A DNA stretch of 64,000 nt from assembly GCA_963728405.1 (NCBI GenBank), contig CAVSJV010000002.1:96001-160000 (forward strand), written 5' to 3'. The position numbers were made by a program, and so were the translations under genes. Positions within the stretch are counted from its first letter, which is position 1. Each line of letters starts with the position of its first letter. The notes beneath the pieces were generated by a model. That model searched no databases. It was not told where the DNA came from and saw nothing but the letters and a program-made list of their open reading frames with translations. Source of the DNA: Methanomassiliicoccaceae archaeon (GTDB lineage Archaea; Thermoplasmatota; Thermoplasmata; Methanomassiliicoccales; Methanomassiliicoccaceae). Shown piece after piece: positions 52,828 to 63,496 of this stretch.

Positions 52828-55077
52828 TCATGAGCGGCTCTGGGAGCAGCTAGGGTCGCTGGCCACCACGCGACCATTGACCACATCAGCCTTTATCAGG
52901 GTTTTTATCTTCAAGGCCAGTTCTTTCTCTAGCCTTTCCTTCCCCGTCCCCTTTTCGATCACCACGATCACATCCACGACCACCACCCCCATCGACATCA
53001 GCGCCCGCACGATCGAAGACAGCGTGCCTCCGGTGGAGACGATGTCGTCCACGACGACGACCCGGTCCCCTGATCTGAGACCATTGATATACATCTGGCA
53101 TTTCGAGTACCCGGTGATCTGGCAGACGCTGATCTCCCCCGGCAGGCCGTACTTACGCTTCCTCACGATGTTGTACGGGATCCCGGTGCGGAGGGACAAC
53201 GGTATGGCCAGAGGTATGCCCATGGCCTCCGGGGCCACGATGAGGTCGCAATCAAGGTTAGCTATATCCATGATGCGGTCGATGATCTCATCCAGCACCT
53301 TCGGGTCCATGAAAGGGATGCCGTCGGTGATCGGGCATACGAAGTAATCGTAGCCTCCCATAAGGACGACCGGGGACTCTTCTACGCACTTCTTCAGAAG
53401 GCTAGGCATCAATACTGTGAAACCGCTCGCGGGCTTATCTATCCGTCCATCATCCATTACCGGATTCACGAACTTCATGTGAACACTATCGTACAGCCCC
53501 CGGTCCCCGAGCTTGAGCTCAGGAACGACCAGCAAGGATTGGAACGACAATGTCGCGAACGGCTCGGGCAGGGGGCACCCGAGGCCCTTGACGAATTCGT
53601 TGATCTCCACTTCCTTTATGGCCACCTCTTTGCACGGCCGATCGCTCATCAGGCCGGCGATGGGAAGTTCGAGCCTCCTTATCCGTTCACCACCGATGGC
53701 GATATAGCCGCCACCCTGAAGAGTTAGGCCGTTGATGGCGGCGGCCAGCACATCATGGTTCGTTCCCACTACGATGATGTTATGAGAATCGTGGGCCACC
53801 GATGAGGCTATCGCCCCGGACCTAAGACCGAACCCCTTGACGAATGCTAACGCAGGCTTAGCCTCGGCGTATCGATTTACGACCGCCAGTAGCAGGACGT
53901 CCTGAGAACTGTCTGGTACGACGTGTCCATCGACGACCATCAGTTGGGCCACTTTTGCGCGGCTGGTGATATGGTCCGGTCTGACCTCGATGACCCGGAC
54001 CATGGCCACCTTGCCCGCCGCCTGGATCATCAGGTCGGCCCTATCGATGGCCAGGCGAGGCATGGTAGGGGCCATGGAAGTGGGCCTTGTGTTGAACAGG
54101 GGAACCCCGTTCTTGGCCACGAGTTTTCCGCCGATCCAGGTCTCCAGTACCTTGAACTCACTCAGGTCCTCGACCACTACGAGATCGGCAACCCCGCCGA
54201 CCCGCAGCGTGCCCCCCTGCAGGCCATAGTGTTCGGCCGGCCACAGCGTGGCCGCTCGAACGGCGTGCATCGGGTCGACCCCGCCCCCCACCGCTTTCTT
54301 CAGGAGACCGTCGAGATGCCATCTGATGAGGTCGACGGCGTGAAGGTCGTCGGTGACCAGGAAGTGCCTGTGCTCTCGGGCGAACGGCAGGAGCATCTCA
54401 AGGTCCTTGGCGGCACTTCCTTCCCTGACCATGATCGTCATGCCCTTGCGGTACTTCTCCTCTGCCTCCTCCAGGCTCACGCACTCATGATCGGTGGTTA
54501 TGCCCGCTGCGATATATCTGTCCAGGTCGACTCCTCTAAGGTCCGGGCAGTGGCCGTCCACTGGCTTACCCAGCAGCTTGGCCACTTCTATCTTGGCAAT
54601 CATCTCGGGGTCGCCATTGATCACGGCCCAGTAGTTCATCACCTCACCCAGAGCGACGCAGTCCGGTCGGCGCATCATTTCCAGGATATCCTTCCGCTCC
54701 AGTACCGCTCCGGCGGTCTCCCATTTTGTAGAGGGCACGCAGGGGGGAGCAGTGAAGTAGAAGCGAAGTGGCGTCCCCCCTCCGTCCTCGATCATGAACC
54801 TGATGCCCTCCATTCCAGCAACATTGGCGATCTCATGTGGGTTGGTCACCACCGCGGTGGTTCCGTGCAGGACCGCCACCTCGGCGAAGCGGCACGGTGT
54901 GAGTAGCGACGACTCGATATGGATGTGAGCATCGATGAGGCCGGGCAGGATGTAATGGTCCGGAGCATTGGTCAAGCGAGCTACATGTGCGATGATACCC
55001 TGACGAATGGTCAAACGGGCCGGATAGATATCTCCACCGAGCACGTCCACTATCTGGCCGGTGACTTGATGTTCCAT
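52828..55077 (-). CDS. ade: Adenine deaminase fused in frame to an archaeal Hpt-type purine phosphoribosyltransferase
   Basis: PGLIDAHIHIESS, GEVMN, DGHCP, DHEC, VTDD and AHDSHN; then YFVCPITDG, EAMGIP and VVVDDIVSTGGT. Confidence 0.85.
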   Translation of the reverse strand: MEHQVTGQIVDVLGGDIYPARLTIRQGIIAHVARLTNAPDHYILPGLIDAHIHIESSLLTPCRFAEVAVLHGTTAVVTNPHEIANVAGMEGIRFMIEDGGGTPLRFYFTAPPCVPSTKWETAGAVLERKDILEMMRRPDCVALGEVMNYWAVINGDPEMIAKIEVAKLLGKPVDGHCPDLRGVDLDRYIAAGITTDHECVSLEEAEEKYRKGMTIMVREGSAAKDLEMLLPFAREHRHFLVTDDLHAVDLIRWHLDGLLKKAVGGGVDPMHAVRAATLWPAEHYGLQGGTLRVGGVADLVVVEDLSEFKVLETWIGGKLVAKNGVPLFNTRPTSMAPTMPRLAIDRADLMIQAAGKVAMVRVIEVRPDHITSRAKVAQLMVVDGHVVPDSSQDVLLLAVVNRYAEAKPALAFVKGFGLRSGAIASSVAHDSHNIIVVGTNHDVLAAAINGLTLQGGGYIAIGGERIRRLELPIAGLMSDRPCKEVAIKEVEINEFVKGLGCPLPEPFATLSFQSLLVVPELKLGDRGLYDSVHMKFVNPVMDDGRIDKPASGFTVLMPSLLKKCVEESPVVLMGGYDYFVCPITDGIPFMDPKVLDEIIDRIMDIANLDCDLIVAPEAMGIPLAIPLSLRTGIPYNIVRKRKYGLPGEISVCQITGYSKCQMYINGLRSGDRVVVVDDIVSTGGTLSSIVRALMSMGVVVVDVIVVIEKGTGKERLEKELALKIKTLIKADVVNGRVVASDPSCSQSRS

Positions 55078-55321
55078 TGGACTGGCCAGTTCGTCATGTA
55101 AGGCATTCGTCACAGATCGCCCCATGGAAGAATTCCATCAGAAGATGCCCATAATACTTTGGTTCGATAGGAGCAAGTCCCTTCGTGAAGGGTAGAGGTC
55201 CGCTCAACGCCCCATCCCATTGCTGTATCGGATGCCCCCGTCGAAAGGTGTCAAGACCGTCAAGAAAATATCGTGAGAACGACGTTAGATGGCCATCGAG
55301 GCAGAGCCTAGGTGAAAATAT

Positions 55322-56038
55322 ATGAGCACCGTCGTTTGCATCGGGGGAGGAATGTTCGGCTCCAAGGCAGCTTTGGCTAGCCGGCGGAGAAGTGCAAAGG
55401 TGCTGGTGATTGACACCAACGAAAGCTGCCAGGCAAGCAAAATAGCCGATCTTATCACTAAGGATGTGGACTCCATCCTCCACGCCGCCCCCGGAGAAGT
55501 GAGGTTATTCATCGGTGAGGGGGCCTCCACGCTCGATGATATCCTTGCTCATTGGGTCCCCGACCTCGTCGTCCCCGCATCAAAAGGCCATCTCGCGGCC
55601 CATCTGGCCGTAGAGCATTGTCGTAGGCAGGGGAGGAGGTTGGAACCCATCTCACCAATGCAAGGACTGGCAGGCGCGCTCCCCCCTGGCTCGGTACTTA
55701 TTTCTGACGATAAGCTCGGTGTCATTGTGACCAGCCATATGGCGCAGGGAAAGATGTGCCGAGAGGACTGCGAGCAGCCCGAGATATGTCCAGTGAGCGG
55801 GACTCTGATCCCTTCCCCCATGCATCACTCCATAGAGGAAGCATTTAGCGGGTCGGTGGACCGGCAGTTCGTGATGGTGACCACGGGGACCGGTCAGTTC
55901 GGCGGCATAAAGGGTTCGGACCTGAAAGTGATGCTCGCCTCTCTCGACGACCTGAAGGAAGGAACGACCTGTGGGATCGCCACCGCCTGCAGGTGCCATG
56001 GCATCATAAATCTATTTCGGATTCTTGGTCTGATCTGA
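55322..56038 (+). CDS. Hypothetical protein with Rossmann-like N-terminus and Cys motifs
   Basis: VCIGGGMFG, C...C..P..CP and ATACRCHG motifs. Confidence 0.6.
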   Translation: MSTVVCIGGGMFGSKAALASRRRSAKVLVIDTNESCQASKIADLITKDVDSILHAAPGEVRLFIGEGASTLDDILAHWVPDLVVPASKGHLAAHLAVEHCRRQGRRLEPISPMQGLAGALPPGSVLISDDKLGVIVTSHMAQGKMCREDCEQPEICPVSGTLIPSPMHHSIEEAFSGSVDRQFVMVTTGTGQFGGIKGSDLKVMLASLDDLKEGTTCGIATACRCHGIINLFRILGLI

Positions 56039-56098
56039 TCCTAACAAAAGATGTCCTTTGAATTTGGATCGACGGTGCTCGATGTTAGCTCCCATTCA

Positions 56099-56806
56099 TC
56101 ATGGACCTTTGCCTATGTTCGGCTCTTCAGTGACAATTTTGAAGTTGAACATCGGCGTCTTCAGTAGACCGAAAAGCCTAACCCAGATCGGCAGGACCAT
56201 CTCAACACCACGCGCTGTGGTGATGTCCCCCATGTCGATAACATCCCTCCAACCATAACCTTCTAGAATGTGCATGACCATTCTTTTCGCCTCCGCATCG
56301 TTACCGCTCAAGAAGGCATGATGGTCCCCTTCCAATAGTTTTCGGGGATCCACCTGCAGAATTGCATTCACGGTGTTGAGCGTTTTGACCACTTTTACCT
56401 TCGGAAATGTCCTCTGGATCTGTTCGCCCAGAGAATCGGTGTTGGAGATGAATAGGGAGGGAGGCATGCCCTTGGAAAAGTCAAGCGGATTGGTGATGTC
56501 AATGAGAACCTTGCCCTGCAGATTCGTGTCCCCAGCCGAACGAAGCGCTTCTAGTGCATGCATACCATTGATGGCATTGATCAACAAGACGCCATGTTTG
56601 GCCGCTTCTGGAAATGATCCCAGTTTCACACGCGGGTTCCTGCTGAGCCATTCTTTGAGCGGGGCGTTCCCCATTGCGTCATATCCACTGACCGCCAAGG
56701 ACCTGTCCACATCTCTCGTTCCCATGATGACCTCATGACCCAATTCCGAAAGCTTTGAGGAATGCGACCGGCCCACTATGCCAGTACCGAGAATACCTAT
56801 CCTCAG
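56099..56806 (-). CDS. NADP oxidoreductase, F420-dependent family (apparent CTG start)
   Basis: In-frame (L)RIGILGTGIVG Rossmann motif upstream of the GTG; LIDITNPL, SLGEQIQ and VVKTLNT motifs. Confidence 0.82.
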   Translation of the reverse strand: MRIGILGTGIVGRSHSSKLSELGHEVIMGTRDVDRSLAVSGYDAMGNAPLKEWLSRNPRVKLGSFPEAAKHGVLLINAINGMHALEALRSAGDTNLQGKVLIDITNPLDFSKGMPPSLFISNTDSLGEQIQRTFPKVKVVKTLNTVNAILQVDPRKLLEGDHHAFLSGNDAEAKRMVMHILEGYGWRDVIDMGDITTARGVEMVLPIWVRLFGLLKTPMFNFKIVTEEPNIGKGP

Positions 56807-57189
56807 CCTATCTACCCTATCTGCACTGGTCCATGTTGCAGTCCATTGCTCATCACTGTTACGGTCGCGTATGCTCCCATACGCTCGGGTCTCAGGGATA
56901 CGATCGGAATATGTGGGTGGAGGGGCGACCCCATAGCGGGAAGATAAGGTGGCACCAACGCTGATCGTCCGGGATGGGATCAGCGATAGTAATTAATCGT
57001 TCTCGGCAACGCCGATGATGTTTTATCGATACCTGCAGGCTCTTCAATCTCAGCGCCCTAAATTGTGCATCTGGACCTCCCCATGTTTCATTGTCCCAGC
57101 TCTGCCGGTAATCAGCTGCGACCACCATGTCGAATATCATGGCCCAGGATAAGGTTTATATTTGACCCCAGTATAAGGTGGAACTACAA

Positions 57190-57276
57190 GCAGGGGTAGC
57201 CAAGCTTGGCCAACGGCGTAAGATTGAGGGTCTTATCCTTAGTGGTTCGTGTGTTCAAATCGCACCCCCTGCACCA
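57190..57276 (+). tRNA. tRNA-Leu(GAG)
   Basis: Acceptor stem GCAGGGG/CCCCTGC, anticodon arm TAAGA-TTGAGGG-TCTTA, variable arm, GTTCAAATC T-loop, encoded CCA and upstream TATA TTTATAT. Confidence 0.95.
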
Positions 57277-57400
57277 GCTATTTTCATTCTCACTTTTACT
57301 TTAAAAATGACGGGGGCGAGCGACCCGCCCATTTTTGGATAGGATTGGCAACGCGCTTGTTCCATTTCCTACCGGGATTGAAGAGGGATCTGCGATCTGC

Positions 57401-58030
57401 TTATTCGAATCGCAAGACCTCCGCCGGGGACACCTCGTTCGCTCCTCGGGCCGCCGGGACCACGATGAGCATGGTGGCCAGGAATGTCCCGATGCCGACC
57501 AGGAGTATCGCTTCCCAGGGGATCACAAAAGGAAAATTCACTGCTTTGAACCCGGTGTCCCATAGATGGTAACCGACCACTATGCCCAGGGCCGAGCCGA
57601 TCAGAATGCCCAGGATCGCTATGAAGCCGGCCTCCAGGGCGAAATTGACAACCACCAGGCGCGCTTGGTATAACTAATCGCCCGCATGACCCCTATCTCG
57701 ATCCCCCGCTCGCGGATGGAGCGTATGGGGATTATGCCCAGTCCGGTGATGCCGACGATCAGCCCCATGCCCAAGAACGCCCCCATCAGGTTAAAGAAGA
57801 TCTCCGTTTGATCGACCGCCTCCTTGGCCACTGCCTTCATGGAGATGGTGTTCATCTGATAGTTGAAGAACTCGCTCTGGAGCTATGTGGCTTGTTTGTC
57901 CGAGCCCAGCTCCGGAGCCAACTTGATCGGGAAAAGGTTGTTGCTCGGTACATGGAGACCGTCCCTTACAAAGGCCTCCTGGATGAAGGAAAGGTGTCCT
58001 ATCGGACAGCTGAAGCCTAAGCATATATTC
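57401..58030 (-). pseudogene. Fragmented FtsX-like ABC permease C-terminus
   Basis: AFLGMGLIVGITGLGI..IRSIRER..EIGVMRAI and PAARGANEVSPAEVLRFE lie in different frames. No N-terminus or ATPase gene. Confidence 0.7.
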
Positions 58031-58143
58031 GTGGTCGAAGGAGAGCAGGACTTCCAGAAGGCGTTAAGCCAGAAGCTGGTCCACTGAAGCGTCTTAAGAA
58101 CACACAAATAAACCCTTCTCCCTAGATCATGTGAGGCTTCACG

Positions 58144-59535
58144 ATGCAAGAGCAACATGCCTTGCCCAATGACATCGACCCAGAGAAGATCGGATCATTT
58201 AAAAGAAGCATAGAGGGCGATCTACTTCGGCCAGGGGATAAAGGATATGATGATGCAAGAAAACTGTTCAATGGATTGATCGATAAAAGGCCGGCGCTGA
58301 TCGCTAAATGCACCAGTGTGGGTGACATCGTTCAATGTGTGAACTTCGCCCGTGAGAATCGTATGCAATTGGCGGTCAGAGGCGGCGGTCATGGTGTGGC
58401 GGGAAAGGCGTTGTGCGATGATGGTCTGGTCATAGATCTCTCCCTTATGAGGGGAGTAAGGGTCGATCCCGAGCAGCTGAGGGCGGTGGTCGAGCCAGGA
58501 GCCCGCTGGCAGGAGCTTGACCTGGCGGCCCAAAGATTTGGGCTTGCCACCACGGGGGGGCGAGTCTCCACGACCGGGATCGCCGGATTCACCCTAGGTG
58601 GTGGTGCAGGGTGGCTGATGGGCCGATGCGGCTTGGCGTGTGATAACCTGGTCTCAGCTGATGTCGTTACTGCCGAAGGCGAAGTGGTCAGGGCGAGCCA
58701 TCATGAGAACCCCGATCTGTTTTGGGCCCTAAGGGGGGGAGGAGGCAACTTCGGTGTGGTCTCATCCTTCGAGTATTCACTTTATCCCGTTAAAACAACG
58801 CTCTCTGGTCTGCTCGCCTGGCCCAGGACAAAGGCTCTTGAAGTGATGAGGTTCTTTGGTGATTTCGCCCTACGGGCCCCCGATGACCTGGGCCTGGTCT
58901 TTGCTTGTGTCACCGGACGGGATGGACGGCCGGCGGTCACTGTGACCACATGCTGGATCGGAGAGATCGAGGAAGGGATGAGGGTACTTGCGCCCATTCG
59001 AGCGTTCGCTTCACCGAGCGTTGACACGATCGCTGAGATGCCGTACGATAAGGTCCAGATGATGCTTGACTACACCGGTGTCTGGGGCTCCCGCAATTAT
59101 TGGAAATCTGGCTTCATTCCCGAGCTGACCGTTGAGGCGATGAGGACGATCATAGATCACACTGAGAATATGCCCTCGCGTTTATCAGCTATACATCTTT
59201 GGCTCCATCATGGGGCCGCCAATCGGGTGGCCGAGGACGAGACCGCTTTTCCCAACAGGTCATTCCCCTTCAACCTCCATATCATTGGGGCTTGGGAAGA
59301 CCCCGATATGGACGCTGATGGTATTGAGTGGGCGAGATCCCTATGGGGGGACATGATGCCGCATTTTGCTGACAGGGCCTATGTCAACTTCGATGACCTG
59401 AAGGATTCTGGCAGGATCAGAGCGGCCTACGGTCCCAACTATGGGAGGCTGGTCCGTGTCAAGACAAAATATGACCCGAGCAACCTGTTCCGCTCTAACC
59501 AGAACATCATGCCAGAGGGAAAGAATGACCGCTAG
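58144..59535 (+). CDS. Berberine-bridge-enzyme-like FAD oxidoreductase
   Basis: AVRGGGHG, GFTLGGG.G, FWALRGGGGNFGVV, AYVNF and K..YDP.N.F..NQNI motifs. Confidence 0.9.
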   Translation: MQEQHALPNDIDPEKIGSFKRSIEGDLLRPGDKGYDDARKLFNGLIDKRPALIAKCTSVGDIVQCVNFARENRMQLAVRGGGHGVAGKALCDDGLVIDLSLMRGVRVDPEQLRAVVEPGARWQELDLAAQRFGLATTGGRVSTTGIAGFTLGGGAGWLMGRCGLACDNLVSADVVTAEGEVVRASHHENPDLFWALRGGGGNFGVVSSFEYSLYPVKTTLSGLLAWPRTKALEVMRFFGDFALRAPDDLGLVFACVTGRDGRPAVTVTTCWIGEIEEGMRVLAPIRAFASPSVDTIAEMPYDKVQMMLDYTGVWGSRNYWKSGFIPELTVEAMRTIIDHTENMPSRLSAIHLWLHHGAANRVAEDETAFPNRSFPFNLHIIGAWEDPDMDADGIEWARSLWGDMMPHFADRAYVNFDDLKDSGRIRAAYGPNYGRLVRVKTKYDPSNLFRSNQNIMPEGKNDR

Positions 59536-59713
59536 TGGAGCGGGAGAGTAAGTGCATCGCTTCTTTGCTTGCATGACGGGCATCGTTACCTCCTTTGGTC
59601 CAAGGGTCAGTGATCCCCACCGTCTGGTTCATCAGTTAAACCCCCGGTGGGCCACGAGTGCATTGAGAAAGATAGATGGGCCGGGTCTCGGCTCATCTTT
59701 CGACGTGGTCCAA

Positions 59714-60025
59714 ATGACATATGCTAGAATAGCTTGGTGAAAGTTCAGGCCCGGCAAGAGGGAAGGAGCAGTGGGTCGGATGGATGGTTTCCTCGATGAG
59801 GCCAAAGCAGCCGATGGGTACCAGGGGCTGATCTCACTGCTCTCCATGAACAACCCCGATCGTGCCACGATAATCACCCTTTGGGATTCCGAAGAAGCGA
59901 TGAGGGCAGTTCAGAGCGGAGTCTACCAGAAAGTTGTAGCAGTGCTATCGAACCTTATCGACGAACCACCTCAAGTGGCAAACCAAGAGGTCCAGACCTT
60001 CGACGTGGCCCAGATATTGGCTTAG
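59714..60025 (+). pseudogene. ABM (antibiotic biosynthesis monooxygenase)-fold protein with in-frame TGA at codon 9
   Basis: MTYARIAW*KFRPGKRE...GYQG...ITLWDSEEAM, all in one frame. Confidence 0.6.
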
Positions 60026-60100
60026 GCACCGGCATCATCGATCCGACCGTGAACGATCGAGCACGGCCGAACCTCCTTTTTCAGCGATGAGGGCAGATAC

Positions 60101-60505
60101 TCAGATCAGCCGCTTTCCTGCTCCTGCACCGGAGGCGCAATCGTAGACCTCGGTGACCTTCAGGATGAGAAGCGAACGGCACTTGAGCTCTGCCTTCCTG
60201 GCACTGACCATGCCCTTCATCTTCTCATAGTCCTCGCCGGAAGAGGCCACATTCACGTCGGCCTTGATCTTCAAGCATCCTTTTACGCCCTGGGTCCAAA
60301 CATAGATCGAGGCCCTAGGGTTCTCCTGGACGTTCTTCAGGGTGTTGTCCATGAACTGATTGCCGATCCAAATGGTCTCGGGGTCCATCAGGAATACCGA
60401 ACCCACCGGCGCGACATTGGGGTCGCCGCTCTTTGACGCTGTGGCCAGCGGGAAGTACTTGGTCGCGTTGAACGCTTCGATCATTTCGGGTGTAAGTTTG
60501 ACCAT
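60101..60505 (-). CDS. Pyridoxamine 5'-phosphate oxidase-like FMN-binding protein
   Basis: LATASKSG.PNVAP, FM..T..N..ENP and G..AGK.L motifs. Confidence 0.85.
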   Translation of the reverse strand: MVKLTPEMIEAFNATKYFPLATASKSGDPNVAPVGSVFLMDPETIWIGNQFMDNTLKNVQENPRASIYVWTQGVKGCLKIKADVNVASSGEDYEKMKGMVSARKAELKCRSLLILKVTEVYDCASGAGAGKRLI

Positions 60506-60640
60506 GGCAAGAAATCATCATTTCTGGTATATGTCACTTGAGAACGGCTGTTCGTCCCCTTCGCTTTAGGCATCGGGTCGCTTCAGGGCTATCAAATAAC
60601 GGGATAGAGTATAAGTTGACCTGAACCATGGGTGATAGCG

Positions 60641-61768
60641 ATGGAGCCGCTGGAGATAAGCACGTTATTCCCGCCTATGGACCAGGCGTGGCTAGAGCAT
60701 TCAAGAAAAAGGTTCGCCAGCCCTTTCATGGGGACCAAGTATGACCGGATATCGGTCGACCCGATGATGCTCTCCCATGCGGCCGTGGCTTGCGGCTACA
60801 CCATCGGTGATTTCTACCGGACCCCTGAGCTGGGGGCTCATTGCGTAGCCTACGCCTCCCAGCTTTACGATCTTCTTCCGGTCACCCACTGGTACTTTTC
60901 TCTACCCTGGATCACCGAACTGGGGGCGCAGGTCCATTATTCGAACGTTCTGCCGCCGACCACCCGTGATGCCGTGGTCTCCTGCCCCGAGGATGTGGAG
61001 CGGATCGAGGTTCCCGGGGTCGAAGAGATCAAGAAGGGGTGGACCTTCCAGCAGATGACCCGTGCCAACGATTATATCCAGGAGCACCTGCCCCAGATGT
61101 TCCTGCCCATGGCCTCGGTCTCCGACCTGCCCGGCTCGGCTGCACAGCTTTGTGGGGTGGAGAACTTTATCATGTGGACGCTGTCCGAGCCCGATCTGGC
61201 CCATGTTCTCACGAAGAAGTACACCGAGACGGCGATCACCGGGGCGGAGGTCATCGCCGATAAGTACGGAATGGCCATGATATCCACCGGGTCGGTCCTG
61301 GGGAACAATGATATATTCAGCGACCAAGCGGTCATGGAGTTCTCGGCGAGATATCTCAAGAAGTTGGTGGACGGGGCGTTCCGCAAGGGGGCCGGACCTC
61401 AGGTCTTCTACCACATGTGCGGGAACCATGAGACCGACTACAAGATCTTCAAGGATGTTCTGATGTGGTCCCCGTTCACGATAATCCATGTCGGTTACGA
61501 GGGACAACAGGTCTTCCCCACCGGCAAGCTGGTCAAAGAGTTCGGTAACCTCGCTACTATCATGGGCTCGGTGGACACCAAGATCATGATCAACCCGAAC
61601 CCCAGGGCGGTCTACGATCAGGCCAGCAGGCAGATCATTGAAGGGCGGGACAGCCCCAATGGTTTCATCCTGGGCACCGCCTGCGAGACGCCGCCCTTCA
61701 CCCTTCCAGGCAACATCCTGGCCATGGTAAAGGCGGCCAAGGACCATGGGACGTATGGCAAGTGGTGA
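60641..61768 (+). CDS. UROD/MtaA-family methyltransferase-like protein
   Basis: FYHMCGN and GFILGTACE Zn-ligand pattern; IMGSVD. Confidence 0.75.
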   Translation: MEPLEISTLFPPMDQAWLEHSRKRFASPFMGTKYDRISVDPMMLSHAAVACGYTIGDFYRTPELGAHCVAYASQLYDLLPVTHWYFSLPWITELGAQVHYSNVLPPTTRDAVVSCPEDVERIEVPGVEEIKKGWTFQQMTRANDYIQEHLPQMFLPMASVSDLPGSAAQLCGVENFIMWTLSEPDLAHVLTKKYTETAITGAEVIADKYGMAMISTGSVLGNNDIFSDQAVMEFSARYLKKLVDGAFRKGAGPQVFYHMCGNHETDYKIFKDVLMWSPFTIIHVGYEGQQVFPTGKLVKEFGNLATIMGSVDTKIMINPNPRAVYDQASRQIIEGRDSPNGFILGTACETPPFTLPGNILAMVKAAKDHGTYGKW

Positions 61769-62043
61769 TTTCACCACTGTCGGGTCGGTGTTGACGACCA
61801 CCACCCGTCCCGGCCGTGACAGGTCTGTCGCTCGACATACACCGTCATTCCTTGGCCGAAGGGCACTTGAACGTTTGGACCAGTTGGTTGAAAATGAATT
61901 TATCCAGCACAGCTAAAAGGGCCGAACGCAGCTTGTAAGCATCTATCTAACTTTATATTTAATGATGGCCGGAGGGCTAACGAAGATATCTTCGATCGCA
62001 GACAGTGATCGTTAAAAAATCAAAATCCCTTGGGGCCTAATTA

Positions 62044-62082
62044 TAAGAAAAAAAGGTTGGAGGACAGGTTTAGAACCTGTCC
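62044..62082 (-). terminator. Hairpin plus T-tract terminator of the zinc-ribbon gene
   Basis: GGACAGGTT-cta-AACCTGTCC overlaps the stop, followed by a T run on the minus strand. Confidence 0.6.
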
Positions 62083-62240
62083 TTGGGCTTGTGCTTCTGG
62101 AAGCAGTCCCTGCAGTAAACCGGCCTTCCCTCGGTCGGCTTGAACGGTACCTGGGTCTGAGCTCCACAGTCGGAGCACTTTACGTCATGCATTTCACGGG
62201 GTTCGCGGCTGTAGCCGCCCTCTCTCTTGTTTCCGTACAT
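62070..62240 (-). CDS. CxxC-x17-CxxC zinc-ribbon protein (56 aa, not in the ORF track)
   Basis: MYGNKREGGYSREPREMHDVKCSDCGAQTQVPFKPTEGRPVYCRDCFQKHKPKDRF. Confidence 0.88.
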   Translation of the reverse strand: MYGNKREGGYSREPREMHDVKCSDCGAQTQVPFKPTEGRPVYCRDCFQKHKPKDRF

Positions 62241-62578
62241 TACTAATCTACCTACTGTTGATTATATCCCAAAAAAATCCTTACGGACCCTTTTAGACGG
62301 AAATGGACTAGGCCCTTCTAGTATTTATACAAATGCTTTTGTAGGGAAAATTGACATCGATCCTAGGCGCGTCGACTTTCCCGGGACTTTGATATGCGAA
62401 GGGGTGGTCGGTTTATAGTGGTAAGTCCTCACAGTTTTCTCCATAGGTCCGATTTGCAAGGATTTATATCTGAAGGTACATAATGGAGAGGCTGCCTGAA
62501 CGCGCCGCCGGCACACATCCAGTATGCCGATCGGTCGGCGCGTATAGCCTTGGCAGATAAATCGAACGAGATGTATAC

Positions 62579-62722
62579 ATGACTGACAAAATCAAAACAG
62601 AGTGCGAGAAGTGCGGCGCCAAGTTCGAGACCATCGATGAGCTCGGTGAGCACATGGAAGACGTTCACGGTGAGATGCAGAGAAAGCGCGTTATCCCTCG
62701 TAAGAAGCCTAAGAAGAAGTAA
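62579..62722 (+). CDS. C2H2 zinc-finger microprotein (47 aa, not in the ORF track)
   Basis: MTDKIKTECEKCGAKFETIDELGEHMEDVHGEMQRKRVIPRKKPKKK. Confidence 0.72.
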   Translation: MTDKIKTECEKCGAKFETIDELGEHMEDVHGEMQRKRVIPRKKPKKK

Positions 62723-63046
62723 GCAGGATTTGAGAGGCCGGGTCGAGCCGGCCGACCTGCATCCAATGGTAATCCATCCTAGCCATTATTATTAGTCATA
62801 GGCAGGATCGGTTCCCCTTTACATTATTATCTGTTTATCACTGGGCCATGTGCCGCTTTTTCGATAGCTCTCCATCATTATTACACTGCCCCGGTCTTGT
62901 CCAAGTTTCAAGTACTGACCCGGAGCAAGAACGTGGGACTCATAAAGAGTACCAAATAAGGAGTCGCCAATAATTCCGTTCTCAATGGCCGCCGATGCAT
63001 TGGAAGAAGATTCTTGGCGGTGCTCAAGGCACCGCCATCGATGCGT

Positions 63047-63496
63047 TCACCGCCACGGATAGTGCTTAGCTCTCTTATCGGACCAGCCCTCGAGGCCGTA
63101 CTGACGGATCATGTTGTGGTTATATTCGATGGTCTTGCCATGGAATCTTTTTAGGGCAGCCAGCTTCGTACAGCTACTGCTATCTTCACATTCCCAGCAG
63201 CCACGATATCCATTCATCTTCACGCAATCGCGGATGATGCAGACCTTCTTCCCTCCGCCGGCGGCGCAGGGCCCACGACATTCTATGCCCTCGATCTCGT
63301 CAAGGACCCGCACGAAGATGGGGTAGTCCAACAGCTTACCATTGGCCTGCGCGCGCAGGTATGCGTACTGATCGAACTGTGCCTCGTCCAGAGCCTTCTT
63401 CAGCTCCTCTACAGCCTGGAACACTCTCTTATCGCGAGGTATACACTCGCCGCAATAAAGGCCACAATATGCGGTACGGTCGGTCGATTCGGACAT
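63047..63496 (-). CDS. DUF3795-like Cys-rich protein
   Basis: AYCGLYCGEC...CRGPC...CIIRDC....GCWEC....C..L pattern. Confidence 0.8.
   Translation of the reverse strand: MSESTDRTAYCGLYCGECIPRDKRVFQAVEELKKALDEAQFDQYAYLRAQANGKLLDYPIFVRVLDEIEGIECRGPCAAGGGKKVCIIRDCVKMNGYRGCWECEDSSSCTKLAALKRFHGKTIEYNHNMIRQYGLEGWSDKRAKHYPWR

Noticed and set aside
62762-62780. Fourth copy of the TGGATGG-N5-CCATCC motif
   Set aside because: Only the right half-site (ATCCATCCT) matches; the left arm is poor.
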